Of a stretch of 64,000 nt of DNA, positions 8,429-18,370 are shown in pieces. The stretch covers positions 1 to 64,000 of the forward strand of contig JACPJW010000001.1 of NCBI GenBank assembly GCA_016187335.1. The letters are read 5' to 3'. Position 1 is the stretch's first letter; every line of letters begins with the position of its first letter. The stretch comes from Candidatus Aenigmatarchaeota archaeon. GTDB taxonomy: Archaea; Aenigmatarchaeota; Aenigmatarchaeia; GW2011-AR5. Position numbers and translations under genes: made by a program. The notes below the pieces were generated by a model, which was not told where the DNA came from, searched no databases, and worked only from the letters and a program-made list of their open reading frames with translations.

Positions 8429-11082
8429 TACCACGCCATCATCCTGTAGAAATGGTGCGAATAGTACTTCTTTATCTCAACAACCACAAAAATCAGAGTC
8501 ATGACAAATAAAATCTCCAGCCAGTTCTGCGCATCCAGCGGCACCGTGTCAAATATCGCGTTGAAGAAAGGCACGTAGACTATCATTAAATGCAGCAGCA
8601 CGGATGACGCTATTGCCAGGAGCATTTTCTTGTTGCCGAACGGGTTTATTTTAAGCAGGCTTTTTTCCGTGCGCAGGTTGAGCGCCACGGCCATCTCGGC
8701 CATCACCAGCGTTGTGAATGCGACTGTGCGCGCCTTTGCTTCGCCGTTTCTGCCTAATTCAATGTAGAACATTGCTAAAGTGCCCAGAGCCATTATGAGC
8801 CCTACCGCTATGATGACAAACATGACTCTTTTGTTCAGCACCTTGTCTTTGGGATTTCTCGGCGGCCGGTTCATTACGTCAGCTTCCGGCGGCTCGAATC
8901 CCAGCGCAAGCGCGGGAAGGCCGTCAGTGACGAGGTTCAGCCACAAAAGCTGTATCGGGAAAAGCGGCAGCGGAAGATTGATGAGAATTGACGTGAATAT
9001 CACGATGACTTCGCCGATGTTGCAGCTAAGCAGGTATAAAACAAACTTGCGGATGTTGTCGTAAATCGTGCGCCCTTCTTCTATGGCTGTGACTATGGTC
9101 GCAAAATTGTCGTCGGTGAGGACCATGTCCGAAGCTTCCTTTGTTACGTCGGTTCCTGTTATGCCCATGGCTATTCCGATATCAGAGCGCTTCAGCGCAG
9201 GCGCGTCGTTGACGCCGTCGCCGGTCATCGCCACAACATGGCCCTTCTTTTTCAGCGCATCAGTGATGCGGACTTTATGTTCCGGCGACACGCGGGCATA
9301 GACAGTTACCTCTTCAACAATATCCTCGAATTTTTTGTCGTCCAGGTCGTCCAGCTCTTCTCCCGTGAGCGCCAGCGAGCCGCTGCCGAGCATTCCCAGT
9401 TCTTTGGCAATGGCCACGGCCGTTTCCCTGTGGTCGCCTGTTATCATGACAACCTTCATTCCTGCGCGCTTGCATTTGTCTATGGCATCAGCCACCTCCG
9501 GCCTTGGCGGGTCTATCATTGCCTGCAGCCCTATGAAAATCAGCTTGCTTTCTTCTGGTTTTTCTCCCGGCTTCAGCTTCTTTGTCGCAAAGCCGAGGAC
9601 GCGCAGCGCGTTTTTCGCAAAAGAAGAGTTTGCAAGGAGTATTTCCTTCCTGTCCTTTTCCGTAAGCCTGTCAATCTTTCCGTCGCGCATTATCGCAACG
9701 CATTTTTTCAGGACTTCTTCGGGCGCGCCCTTTGTGTACATTGTCCTGCCGCTGATGTCGTAAACAACGCTCATCATCTTCCTTTCGGATTCAAAGGGTA
9801 TTTCCCCGGTCCGCCTGTATTTGTCACGCAGGTCGTGCACGCCGGCCTTGGATGCCGATACGAGCAGCGCAGCTTCCGTAGGGTCGCCGATGACCCTGTC
9901 GCCGATGACAGCGTCGTTGCAGAGCTTTCCTGTTTCCAGAAGCATCCTTGCCGTTTCGCTTATTTTTATTTCCTTTCCGCTTCGCATGAACGCTCCTTTC
10001 GTGTCGTAGCCTTCGCCCGTAACGTCAATGACCTCGCCGTCAGCATAGAGCTTTTTCACGGTCATCTGGCTCATCGTGAGCGTTCCAGTTTTGTCGCTGC
10101 ATACAACTGTCGTTGATCCCAGCGTTTCCGCGGAAGGCAGTTTGCGGATTATTGCGTTCTTTTTCGCCATTTTCGTCAGCCCGATAGCCAGCGTTATCGT
10201 CACGATGGCCGGGAGCCCTTCCGGTATCGCTGCTACAGCCAGGGAAACGGCGATAAGGAACATTTCCAGGGCGTCCCTTCCCTGAAGGAACCCGGCAAAG
10301 AAAACAACGGCGCATATTGCAAGTATGATTATTCCCAGGCCCTTCCCTAATTCTTCCAGCTTCTGCTGCAGCGGGGTTTTTATTTCCTGCTCCTGCTGCA
10401 GCAGCGAGGCAATCTTTCCGAATTCCGTTCTCATGCCTGTTTCAACAACGAGAGCCTTGCAGCTGCCGTAAACTATGGTTGTACCTGAGAAAAGCATGTT
10501 CTTCCTGTCGGCTACGCTCTTGCCGTCTTTCATCGCGCTGGTGTTTTTTGGAACAGGGAGCGATTCTCCCGTCAGGACGGCCTCATCCGCCTTCAGGTTC
10601 AGTGCTTCCGTAATCCTGCAGTCCGCCGGAACCTTGTCGCCGACTTTAAGGATGATCAGATCGCCGGGAACAAGCTCCCTTGAGTTTATCTCTGAAACCT
10701 TTCCGTCGCGTATGACCTCGCTTTTCGGCGCGGCCATGCGCTTCAATGCCTCCAGGGCCTTCTCGGCGCGCCTTTCCTGGATGAAGCCCAGGATTGCATT
10801 AAGAAAAACGATGGCCATGATAACCGAAGCGTCCAGAAGCTCGCCGAGATAAGCGGAAACCGCTGATGCTGCTATCAGGATAAGGACAAGGACGTTGTTG
10901 AACTGCCGCAAAAACTGGATCCACGAGGGCGTTCTTTTCTTCTCGCGTATCTCGTTATGCCCGTACCTTACGAGCCTTTTCGCAACTTCTTCATCGCTCA
11001 AGCCCTTTGGCGAGGATTCCAGGGCGCCGAAAGCTTCGTCTGCAGCAATCTTATGCCATTCTTTCGTCATCATCGCAAGCAC
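8428..11082 (-). CDS. Cation-translocating P-type ATPase (type II, Ca2+-like)
   Basis: TGES, IPEGL, DKTGT, GDGVNDAP motifs; multiple TM helices. Confidence 0.95.
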   Translation of the reverse strand: MLAMMTKEWHKIAADEAFGALESSPKGLSDEEVAKRLVRYGHNEIREKKRTPSWIQFLRQFNNVLVLILIAASAVSAYLGELLDASVIMAIVFLNAILGFIQERRAEKALEALKRMAAPKSEVIRDGKVSEINSRELVPGDLIILKVGDKVPADCRITEALNLKADEAVLTGESLPVPKNTSAMKDGKSVADRKNMLFSGTTIVYGSCKALVVETGMRTEFGKIASLLQQEQEIKTPLQQKLEELGKGLGIIILAICAVVFFAGFLQGRDALEMFLIAVSLAVAAIPEGLPAIVTITLAIGLTKMAKKNAIIRKLPSAETLGSTTVVCSDKTGTLTMSQMTVKKLYADGEVIDVTGEGYDTKGAFMRSGKEIKISETARMLLETGKLCNDAVIGDRVIGDPTEAALLVSASKAGVHDLRDKYRRTGEIPFESERKMMSVVYDISGRTMYTKGAPEEVLKKCVAIMRDGKIDRLTEKDRKEILLANSSFAKNALRVLGFATKKLKPGEKPEESKLIFIGLQAMIDPPRPEVADAIDKCKRAGMKVVMITGDHRETAVAIAKELGMLGSGSLALTGEELDDLDDKKFEDIVEEVTVYARVSPEHKVRITDALKKKGHVVAMTGDGVNDAPALKRSDIGIAMGITGTDVTKEASDMVLTDDNFATIVTAIEEGRTIYDNIRKFVLYLLSCNIGEVIVIFTSILINLPLPLFPIQLLWLNLVTDGLPALALGFEPPEADVMNRPPRNPKDKVLNKRVMFVIIAVGLIMALGTLAMFYIELGRNGEAKARTVAFTTLVMAEMAVALNLRTEKSLLKINPFGNKKMLLAIASSVLLHLMIVYVPFFNAIFDTVPLDAQNWLEILFVMTLIFVVVEIKKYYSHHFYRMMAW

Positions 11083-11112
11083 ATCACTGACGGCTTAGTT
11101 TCCATCAACGGT

Positions 11113-11142
11113 CGTTTTGATTAAACTTTTATGAAAAGTTTA
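11113..11142 (-). repeat. Dispersed palindromic element copy B
   Basis: CGTTTTGATTAAACTTTTATGAAAAGTTTA; 27/30 identical to 8399-8428 with a compensatory G-C to T-A outer pair. Confidence 0.85.
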
Positions 11143-11343
11143 CTAGAAACAATTGTCGCTTCTGTTTTTAAAGAATTGCCGGCAGAAAAAGAAAATAGAG
11201 TTTAAATTCGCCATGCAAAGAGTGAATGGAAAATTTCCTCTCCGCAATTCTCTTCACCACGAACCTCTTTTGAGCAATTAAACTTTGCAAAATAAAGTAA
11301 TATTTTCTTTTCCGCAGACGCTTTTCTTTCCAAAGAAAAGGGC

Positions 11344-12267
11344 CTACTTCACCACAATCCTCATGAGGTCATCGGCGATGCGCACGTTGCGGAAATCACT
11401 TATCTTGTCCTTGAGCAGCTGCTCGTTCTGGTAGCGCCGCGATATGTGCGTGAGCACCAGCTGCTTCACGCGTGCCTGCTTTGCCAGGCCTATCGCATCC
11501 TCAAAGCCGGCGTGCCTGTAGTTCTTCTCCTCTTCTTCTTCCTCGCCGAAAAATGTTGAGTCGTGTATGAGCATGTCCGCATTTTCCGCAAGGCGCAGCA
11601 TGTTCTTGTTCACGGTCGTGTCGCCGGAATAGACGACTTTTTTGCCTTTTTCCATGAAAGAAATGTCCTCGAACGTTATCTCCTTTCCCTGGAAAACGGC
11701 GGAGCCCTTCTCCTTTATGTCGCGGTAAATCTTGTGCTTCTCGGGCAGCCCTAGTTTTTTCGCTTTCTCCCTGTCTATCTTGACGCGGTCTTTTTCCTCA
11801 AAGGCGTAAGCAACAGCCGGAATTGAATGCTTCATGGGCATGGCGGTGATTCTGAACTCGGCTTCGTCAAGCAGCGTTTGTTTCTCAATGCCTTCGTGCC
11901 AGACGTCCTTCGGGACAACATCAAAATCCTTTGTTGAATAGCCCATGCTCAGCAAAATGTCCACGAATTTTTCCGCCTCAGGGGCGTAGATGTTCAATGC
12001 TTCTTTTCTGCCCTCGAGGTTCATGGTTTCCATGAGGCCCAGCAGGCCCGCGAAATGGTCCGCGTGCCAGTGCGTGATGAATATGTCGCTTATCCGCATG
12101 AAGTTGACGCCCGCGAAGAGCATCTGCCTCTGCGTGCCCTCGCCGCAGTCAAACAGGCAGTGATATTCCTGCTCGCTCTGGTATTTCAGAAAGACGGAAG
12201 CGTGATTCCGCTTCTTTGTCGGGACGCCCGCTGTCGTGCCCAAGAACACTACTTCTATCTGGGTCAT
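11344..12267 (-). CDS. rnz: Ribonuclease Z
   Basis: FLGT...P, FDCGEGTQRQ, THWHADH metallo-beta-lactamase motif, YSGDT, LTHISRRY. Confidence 0.95.
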   Translation of the reverse strand: MTQIEVVFLGTTAGVPTKKRNHASVFLKYQSEQEYHCLFDCGEGTQRQMLFAGVNFMRISDIFITHWHADHFAGLLGLMETMNLEGRKEALNIYAPEAEKFVDILLSMGYSTKDFDVVPKDVWHEGIEKQTLLDEAEFRITAMPMKHSIPAVAYAFEEKDRVKIDREKAKKLGLPEKHKIYRDIKEKGSAVFQGKEITFEDISFMEKGKKVVYSGDTTVNKNMLRLAENADMLIHDSTFFGEEEEEEKNYRHAGFEDAIGLAKQARVKQLVLTHISRRYQNEQLLKDKISDFRNVRIADDLMRIVVK

Positions 12268-12382
12268 AGTTTTACCTTGTTGCGATAATGATTAAAAATT
12301 AAGAAAAAGCAATCTCCGTTCCGGTTTGATTCCCGTAATTGGCATGTAAAGGTTTATAAACCGCCGCGGAGAATAAGTAAAC

Positions 12383-12610
12383 ATGGCCAGGAAGCAAAGG
12401 AAGCCGCTGCACAGGCACATATACGACAGGGTCGTGCAGCATGACATCACCCTGGACAGGCATGACGAGGAAAAAGTGCTTCTGTTCGCCACGGGCATCC
12501 TGTTCGGCATAGGCATTTCCCTGTACTTCATGCGCGTCCTGTGGTTCACGGGCCTGTCGCTGCTCATCTTCGCGCTGATTCTCCTGTTCATCGAATCGAG
12601 GCAGAAATGA
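12383..12610 (+). CDS. Small two-TM membrane protein, hypothetical
   Basis: 75-aa ORF with two hydrophobic helices and GC-rich codon pattern like neighbouring core genes. Confidence 0.65.
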   Translation: MARKQRKPLHRHIYDRVVQHDITLDRHDEEKVLLFATGILFGIGISLYFMRVLWFTGLSLLIFALILLFIESRQK

Positions 12611-12620
12611 AGGAACCCTT

Positions 12621-13430
12621 CTAAGATTTTTTTAGGGAGTTCAGAAATGCTGCCGCAGCAATCCCTAATGAAATTCCAACGGGAGGAGTGAAAAGTAGAG
12701 AAAAAATGGAACTTAGAACTAAGGCCAGTATTATATACATTGGTCTTGGGTCTTTTTGCACACTACTTATTATTTTTTCTTTAAGAGTTTTTTCTCTCAG
12801 TTCCAAATCTGTAAATTTCTTTTCTCGAACTTTAATTTGATTTATACTTTCTAGACTTCCAAGTGTGTTACGGTCAATGTATTTGTTGTTTAGAATTTCG
12901 ATTGCAGTATCCTTTAAATTCGAAATTAGTGATTTATATATGATTAAAGAATCTTCTTTTAAAGCAATTTCAATTCTTTTCAAAAGTAATTCTATATTTC
13001 TTAGCGAATATAATATTGTAATGCTATTTTCATCCAATGTTTTTTCCATATCGATTTCATCAAAATAATCCTCCATAGTTTTTCTGAGTTGTCTAATGAT
13101 ATTCTCAATAGATTTTCGATTATTTTTACGAAGTTCTGATGATAAACTGTAAAGATTGTAACTAATTTTTTTATATAAAGCAATTTTTTCTTGTGGAAAT
13201 AATGAGTAAAGAAGTGCTCCGGTGAGTATAATGAAAAATATAAATGTAGAGGCAAAATTATTTTCGAATGTAGGGTTTGCAGTGTAAATAATCCTGTAAG
13301 GTGAAATAAAAGTTACTATCAAAGCAATTATAATTGTAAAAATAAGTATATTTCTTTTACGCTTTATGTTTTTGTCAATACGCTCTTTAATTTCATCTAT
13401 TTTATCCTTTATTTCAGTTTCGTTTTCCAT
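12621..13430 (-). CDS. Hypothetical AT-rich membrane protein
   Basis: 269-aa ORF with N- and C-terminal TM pairs; ATG directly follows the aspS stop. Confidence 0.6.
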   Translation of the reverse strand: MENETEIKDKIDEIKERIDKNIKRKRNILIFTIIIALIVTFISPYRIIYTANPTFENNFASTFIFFIILTGALLYSLFPQEKIALYKKISYNLYSLSSELRKNNRKSIENIIRQLRKTMEDYFDEIDMEKTLDENSITILYSLRNIELLLKRIEIALKEDSLIIYKSLISNLKDTAIEILNNKYIDRNTLGSLESINQIKVREKKFTDLELREKTLKEKIISSVQKDPRPMYIILALVLSSIFSLLFTPPVGISLGIAAAAFLNSLKKS

Positions 13431-14732
13431 TCAAGGCACCAGCCTGTTTACATCTCTTGGGAATAAGACAGCTTCTCTCACGTTCTTCAGGCCGAGCAGC
13501 TGCATTGTCAGTCGTTCAATTCCCAGGGCAAATCCTCCGTGGGGCGGGACGCCGTACTTGAAGAAGTCTGCGAACCACTTCACGCTCTCCGGCTTCATGC
13601 CTTTTTCTTTTGCTTGACCCATTATCTTCTCGTACCGATGCTCGCGCTGCCCTCCGCTGCTGAGCTCGACCCCGCGGTAAACCAAATCAGTGCTCCGCGC
13701 CCACGTCGGGTCGTCGTCGACGCGCATGACGTAGAACGGCTTTTCAGCAAAAGGAAACCTGTTGACAAAGAAGAAATCCGAGTTGTATTTTTTCTTCACC
13801 CACTCGCCCAAGAGCCTTTCACCTTCCGTGCCATAACTGCTTTTTCCCTTTTCATACTTCTCGCCCAGTTCATCAAGGATATCGTACAGCTTGGGAAATT
13901 CCAGCACCGGGAACTTGTCGGGAATGTCAATAGAAACATTCAATAATTTCAGTTCGTCCCTTGCGTCTTTCACGAGCTTTTTCAGGGCGTATATTACCAT
14001 TTCCTCTTCAAGCTTGATGATGTCGTGCTCGTCATCAATGAAAGCCATCTCCGCCGCGCACACGCGGTGCTCCGTCAGGTGCCTTGTGGTGTGGCTCAGC
14101 TCGGCGCGCCATGCAGGGCCGATGTCGTAGATTTTTTCAAAGCCTCCGGCAATGGTAAGCTGGCGGTGCAGCTGCGGGTCCTGCCGTAGGAACGCTTCCT
14201 TGTCAAAGTAAACAACGGAAAAAACCTCCGAGCCCCCTTCTGAAGGCACTCCCAGAAGGCACGGCGTGAATATCTGCAGAAAGCCTTTTTCCTTGAGAAA
14301 TAGTTGTATTTCCTGCATCAGTAATGACTGTATTTTGAATACCGCCTGGTTCTCGGGCCTGCGCAAATCAACGCTCCTGAAGTCCAGCCGCTTGTCGAGG
14401 TTCGTCTTTATCTGCGGCGACATGTCTATAGGCAGTTCCTCCGCTTCCGCAATTATTTTCATGTCCGCAGGAAGCACTTCTATGCCGCCGGGCGCGTTTT
14501 TATTGCTCACTGCTTCCCCTTCAACAGCAATTACCGTCTCTTTTTTCAGCCCTTCGAACAAGGAGAACATTGCCGCATCCGTCCTGTCTTTCTTCGCAGT
14601 GACCTGGATAAGCCCCGTATGGTCGCGCAGAACAAGAAATAAAATGCTGCCGAGCGCGCGCTTTTCAGAGACCCATCCGGCTATCTTGACTGGACCAGGT
14701 TTCAAGTCCTTCGAAAAATGCGTGCGCATCAT
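13431..14732 (-). CDS. aspS: Aspartyl-tRNA synthetase, archaeal, probably non-discriminating
   Basis: OB-fold N-terminus, RLDFRSVDLRR, QDPQL, GGQREHR, GVPPHGGFALGIERL, LFPRD; APGG loop Pro typical of ND-AspRS. Confidence 0.95.
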   Translation of the reverse strand: MMRTHFSKDLKPGPVKIAGWVSEKRALGSILFLVLRDHTGLIQVTAKKDRTDAAMFSLFEGLKKETVIAVEGEAVSNKNAPGGIEVLPADMKIIAEAEELPIDMSPQIKTNLDKRLDFRSVDLRRPENQAVFKIQSLLMQEIQLFLKEKGFLQIFTPCLLGVPSEGGSEVFSVVYFDKEAFLRQDPQLHRQLTIAGGFEKIYDIGPAWRAELSHTTRHLTEHRVCAAEMAFIDDEHDIIKLEEEMVIYALKKLVKDARDELKLLNVSIDIPDKFPVLEFPKLYDILDELGEKYEKGKSSYGTEGERLLGEWVKKKYNSDFFFVNRFPFAEKPFYVMRVDDDPTWARSTDLVYRGVELSSGGQREHRYEKIMGQAKEKGMKPESVKWFADFFKYGVPPHGGFALGIERLTMQLLGLKNVREAVLFPRDVNRLVP

Positions 14733-14862
14733 GATGTAACACCGATATTTCTTTACTGCTTTCTTTTGACGAATAAATTTTAAATCTTCAAAAATTGCTC
14801 AGAATGAATTTTCTGGCTTGTCAATCGGGATGAAAAGGAATTCTTCTTTCCGCGCTGGCAGT

Positions 14863-16041
14863 TCATTTCCTGATTCTCGCAACGCCTGTTTCAGCAGCGG
14901 TTTTGGAAATATTCGCCGCTATTTTCCTGTGCACGTCCATGTCCGTCGTTTTCGGCAGAATGTAGTCTTCGGAAAGGTTTTTCTCCGCGATGCCGGCGAG
15001 CGTCAGCGCGGCGCCCAGCATCATCTTCTCGTTTATTTTTTTCGCCCTCACGTCAAGGACTCCGCGAAGCACCCCGGGGAAAACCAGGCTGTTGTTTATC
15101 TGGTTATGAAAATCTGACCTGCCGGTTGCGATTATCCTTGCGCCGCCTTTCTTCGCCTCTTCCGGACTTATCTCCGGGTCGGGATTGCTCAATGCGAACA
15201 CGACAGCGTCCCTGCTCATTTTCCTTACCATTCCGCCTGTCAGTATATTGCTGCGACCGCTCACGCCGATGAAAACGTCCGCTCCGTTTATAGCTTCCTC
15301 GATGCCGCCTTTCATCTTTTCTTTGTTGGTTCTCCTTGCGAGTTCTTCCTTGTATTTATCCAGGCCGCTCCTGCCCTCGTATACAATGCCCTTGGAATCA
15401 AGAAGAAGCAGGTTTGTTGCGCCGAAGCTTAGCAGCATCTTGGCTGTGCCTATCCCGGCCGAGCCTGCGCCCATTATGACTATCCTCGCTTTCCTGATGT
15501 CCTTCTTCACGACCTTCATGGAATTTATCAGCGCTGCAAGGACGACAATGCCCGTTCCCTGCTGGTCGTCGTGGAAAACCGGTATGTCCAGTTCTTCATT
15601 CAGTCTGTCAACTATCCCGAAGCATTTCGGGGAATCAATGTCCTCTATGTTTATGGCGCCGAAGGTGGGCGAGATGTTTTTCACGATGTTTACTATTTCT
15701 TCAGCGTCCTTCGTTCCCAGGCATATCGGGAAAGAATCAACGTTGCCGAACAATTTGAAAATGACCGACTTTCCTTCCATCACGGGCATCGCGGCCTCCG
15801 GCCCGATGTCGCCGAGCCCGAGGACCCTTGTGCCGTCGGTCACGATGGCTACGGAGTTCTGCTTTGACGTGTACTCGTAGACCTTTTCCCTGTCGTTGAA
15901 AATTTCCCTGGAGACTTCCGCCACGCCCGGCGTGTAAAGCAGGCTCAGGATCTTCATGTCCTTCACGGGCGTTTTGCTGTTGACCTCTAGCTTTCCCTTG
16001 AGTTTTCTGTGTATATCCAGGGCATCCTCTTTGAGTCCCAT
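14863..16041 (-). CDS. NAD(P)-dependent malic enzyme
   Basis: YTPGVA, VTDGTRVLGLG, MEGK, INIEDI, FHDDQQGT, GAGSAG, ALSNPDPEI, QINN. Confidence 0.93.
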   Translation of the reverse strand: MGLKEDALDIHRKLKGKLEVNSKTPVKDMKILSLLYTPGVAEVSREIFNDREKVYEYTSKQNSVAIVTDGTRVLGLGDIGPEAAMPVMEGKSVIFKLFGNVDSFPICLGTKDAEEIVNIVKNISPTFGAINIEDIDSPKCFGIVDRLNEELDIPVFHDDQQGTGIVVLAALINSMKVVKKDIRKARIVIMGAGSAGIGTAKMLLSFGATNLLLLDSKGIVYEGRSGLDKYKEELARRTNKEKMKGGIEEAINGADVFIGVSGRSNILTGGMVRKMSRDAVVFALSNPDPEISPEEAKKGGARIIATGRSDFHNQINNSLVFPGVLRGVLDVRAKKINEKMMLGAALTLAGIAEKNLSEDYILPKTTDMDVHRKIAANISKTAAETGVARIRK

Positions 16042-16044
16042 AGT

Positions 16045-16308
16045 TTACCTCAGCGCGATGTTGTAGAAAAGAGTCCACGTGATGAGCCACGAAAGCAGCA
16101 GAACGAAAGCGGAGCCGTACCATTTGCCTGCTTCCATCTTGAGATAATGCACCGAAAATGCGTAGCCCGCGCCCCCGGCGATCAAAGCAAAAAGCAGCCC
16201 CATGGTTGTGGTGTTGAGCACGAACGAAGCGTAGCCGGCTATGGTCCCCAGAATCATGTGGACAGCGGTCGCCTTCAGCTCGTCGTCAAAATATTCGTCG
16301 AATTTCAC
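16045..16308 (-). CDS. Small three-TM archaeal membrane protein (possibly DUF5379/EMC6-like)
   Basis: GTG start at 16308; three hydrophobic helices, C-terminal WLITWTLFYN; lies next to rnhB. Confidence 0.55.
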   Translation of the reverse strand: MKFDEYFDDELKATAVHMILGTIAGYASFVLNTTTMGLLFALIAGGAGYAFSVHYLKMEAGKWYGSAFVLLLSWLITWTLFYNIALR

Positions 16309-16453
16309 AATAATTACCTTTATCAAGGCGGATGAAAAGTTATAGTGAAGGACATAATATTTTGGACATATCATATGTCTTTCACATATAGTAAGGGCGT
16401 CATAATACGTTCAATTATTTACGTCCATTACTATAAAGTCAGGTGTTTTCCGC

Positions 16454-17134
16454 TTAATCTTCTGCTAACATTTCATCCCTGACGAATTTCCCGATTTTCG
16501 TCTGCTCCTTTTCTTCCATGATGAGCTGCGCGGTTATCCAGCTTTTTCGGACGAAGTCAGGAAATTCTTTATTTTCTTTAATCCAATTCTTTAAAAACCC
16601 GATTGTTGCTGAATCGGAAGGATAGCCCGAGCCGAAATAGCCGTATTTTTTGTGCAGGGTTTCTATCTCCCTGTCCCTGCTCACCTTGGCTATCACGGAA
16701 GCGGCTGCGACCTCAATGTAATTCTTGTCGGCGAAGTTTTCCGCGGCAATCACTGACTTTGCTTTCAATCCGGAAGAAATTTTCTTTTTGAAATTGGCTA
16801 CGTTGGCCTCGGGCGCGTCTATGATTACCTTGTCCGGCTCCAGCAGCTCTATCATCTGCCTCATCCTTTCTATTTCCAGCTTGTTTAAATTGCTGACCGT
16901 GCGCAGCCTGTCTATCTCGGCGGCAGGGATGTGGAAAACTATCATGTCGTCCGCGAGCTTTTTCACGTGACTGAACAAAAACTCCCTTTGCTTTTTGCTG
17001 AGCAGCTTTGAATCCGTAACGCCCAGTTTTTTCAGCTTTGTGACGCTCTTTTCCCTGATAAGATAGCCGCACATGACCATCGGGCCGATGACCGGCCCGC
17101 GCCCGGCTTCGTCGATGCCCAGGATTAATGACAA
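16454..17134 (-). CDS. rnhB: Ribonuclease HII
   Basis: LGIDEAGRGPVIGP, DSK, IDA, ENFAD...VAAASVIAKV, GSGYPSD. Confidence 0.95.
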   Translation of the reverse strand: MSLILGIDEAGRGPVIGPMVMCGYLIREKSVTKLKKLGVTDSKLLSKKQREFLFSHVKKLADDMIVFHIPAAEIDRLRTVSNLNKLEIERMRQMIELLEPDKVIIDAPEANVANFKKKISSGLKAKSVIAAENFADKNYIEVAAASVIAKVSRDREIETLHKKYGYFGSGYPSDSATIGFLKNWIKENKEFPDFVRKSWITAQLIMEEKEQTKIGKFVRDEMLAED

Positions 17135-17182
17135 TTATGACACCTCTAATTCATTTTTCAAATAGAATTAGGATTCAAGCAC

Positions 17183-17908
17183 TTAAATGGGGTGCAAACC
17201 TATCTGGAACGGGACAAAATGATCTGCAAAATCTGTAAAGTACTCCGGAGGAATCCTATTCCTTCCTCGCTTTATTTTTATTTTGCGTTTTCTTGCTAGG
17301 TCTGACATTCTAATCATGTATCCCATTCTGTCTGCCTCGTTTACTGGATAGAAATTCTCGTCGGCCTCGACCTCCATTCTAAGACTTTCAGCAGGAATGT
17401 TGAGCATAAATAATTCTTGCATTAAGGTTGCCATCCATGACTTTACATTATCAGGATTGGAAAATGCATCCATAATTATGTCTGCGTCTTCGCGCCCCAA
17501 GGCCTTTACGACATTACATACACCGATTATCCACGTAACGTCGTAGGGATTTGCATTAGCAAGAGAGTCTTGTTGGCTCGTTTGTTGTCTTTCGTACAGC
17601 CATTTCTGAACGCTTTGTAAATGTTGTGGTGTGACTACGGTATACCTGAAATTCAGGTGTGTTATGTAAATTCCGTTTGGATGCTGCCTTTCGTCTTGTT
17701 TGAAAAGTGTTGATCTTAGTTTGGGAAGGGGAGGTTGTGATCCGTTAAGCTCCGAATCAGCTTCGCAGCCGACTATATATGACTTTTCCTTAAGGAAGCA
17801 TCCTGATTCATCGATACCGTATTTAGGTCGTAATATCGTTGAACCAGAAGAAGACTGGTATAGAACTGTGGATTGGGATACCCCGTCTAGCTGACAATTC
17901 TGCCCCAT
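17183..17908 (-). CDS. Hypothetical protein
   Basis: 241-aa open frame, AT-richer than flanks; no motif recognised. Confidence 0.5.
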   Translation of the reverse strand: MGQNCQLDGVSQSTVLYQSSSGSTILRPKYGIDESGCFLKEKSYIVGCEADSELNGSQPPLPKLRSTLFKQDERQHPNGIYITHLNFRYTVVTPQHLQSVQKWLYERQQTSQQDSLANANPYDVTWIIGVCNVVKALGREDADIIMDAFSNPDNVKSWMATLMQELFMLNIPAESLRMEVEADENFYPVNEADRMGYMIRMSDLARKRKIKIKRGRNRIPPEYFTDFADHFVPFQIGLHPI

Positions 17909-18042
17909 TAAGCATTACTATATGGTTCGTACCTATATTTATCTTTTCGGAAATTTTCCGGCCGTCTGAATGTAATTTCCTCGTAATGCGCATGCATGCT
18001 GTCTTATTATTTAAGCATTTGCCGATAACTTGTTAGCGTCAT

Positions 18043-18165
18043 AGCGGAGTGGAGCAGCCTGGAGTGCTCGTCGAGCAACTGGCACGAATGGCCCATAGGC
18101 ATGCTCTAGGATACCCGAAAGCAATTATGCCGGGAAGGTCGGCAGTTCAAATCTGCCCTCCGCTA
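18043..18165 (+). tRNA. Initiator tRNA-Met (CAT) with three introns at 29/30 (18074-18089), 37/38 (18098-18112) and 44/45 (18120-18136)
   Basis: Acceptor AGCGGAG/CTCCGCT (A1-U72), T arm GGCAG-TTCAAAT-CTGCC, three G-C pairs at the base of the anticodon stem; removing 16+15+17 nt gives a 75-nt cloverleaf; each intron fits a strict or relaxed BHB. Confidence 0.9.
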
Positions 18166-18370
18166 TATTTTTTCATTAAGACGAAAAGATGAAATGCCCT
18201 ATGCAACCATTTTGCAGGCAGCATGAAAATGCTTCGCATCTTCGGTTTGCTTTCTGCAAGTTGAGCATTTCTTTTGCAATCGCTTCGTTTATCGGAAAGC
18301 GGTTTTCGCGATGGCAAAATGAATCAGTTTTTGTTTCTTCTTTTTAAGCGCTTTCTTTCAAGGTATAATC

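Noticed and set aside
8249-8434. 61-aa ORF downstream of the ATPase
   Set aside because: It is the translation of the palindrome cluster, overlaps the ATPase stop and has no SD; treated as non-coding repeat.
8780-11098. Long antisense ORFs opposite the ATPase (and similar ones opposite aspS, malic enzyme, ABC, gatA, reductase)
   Set aside because: Shadow frames expected from GC-rich codon usage of well-supported genes.
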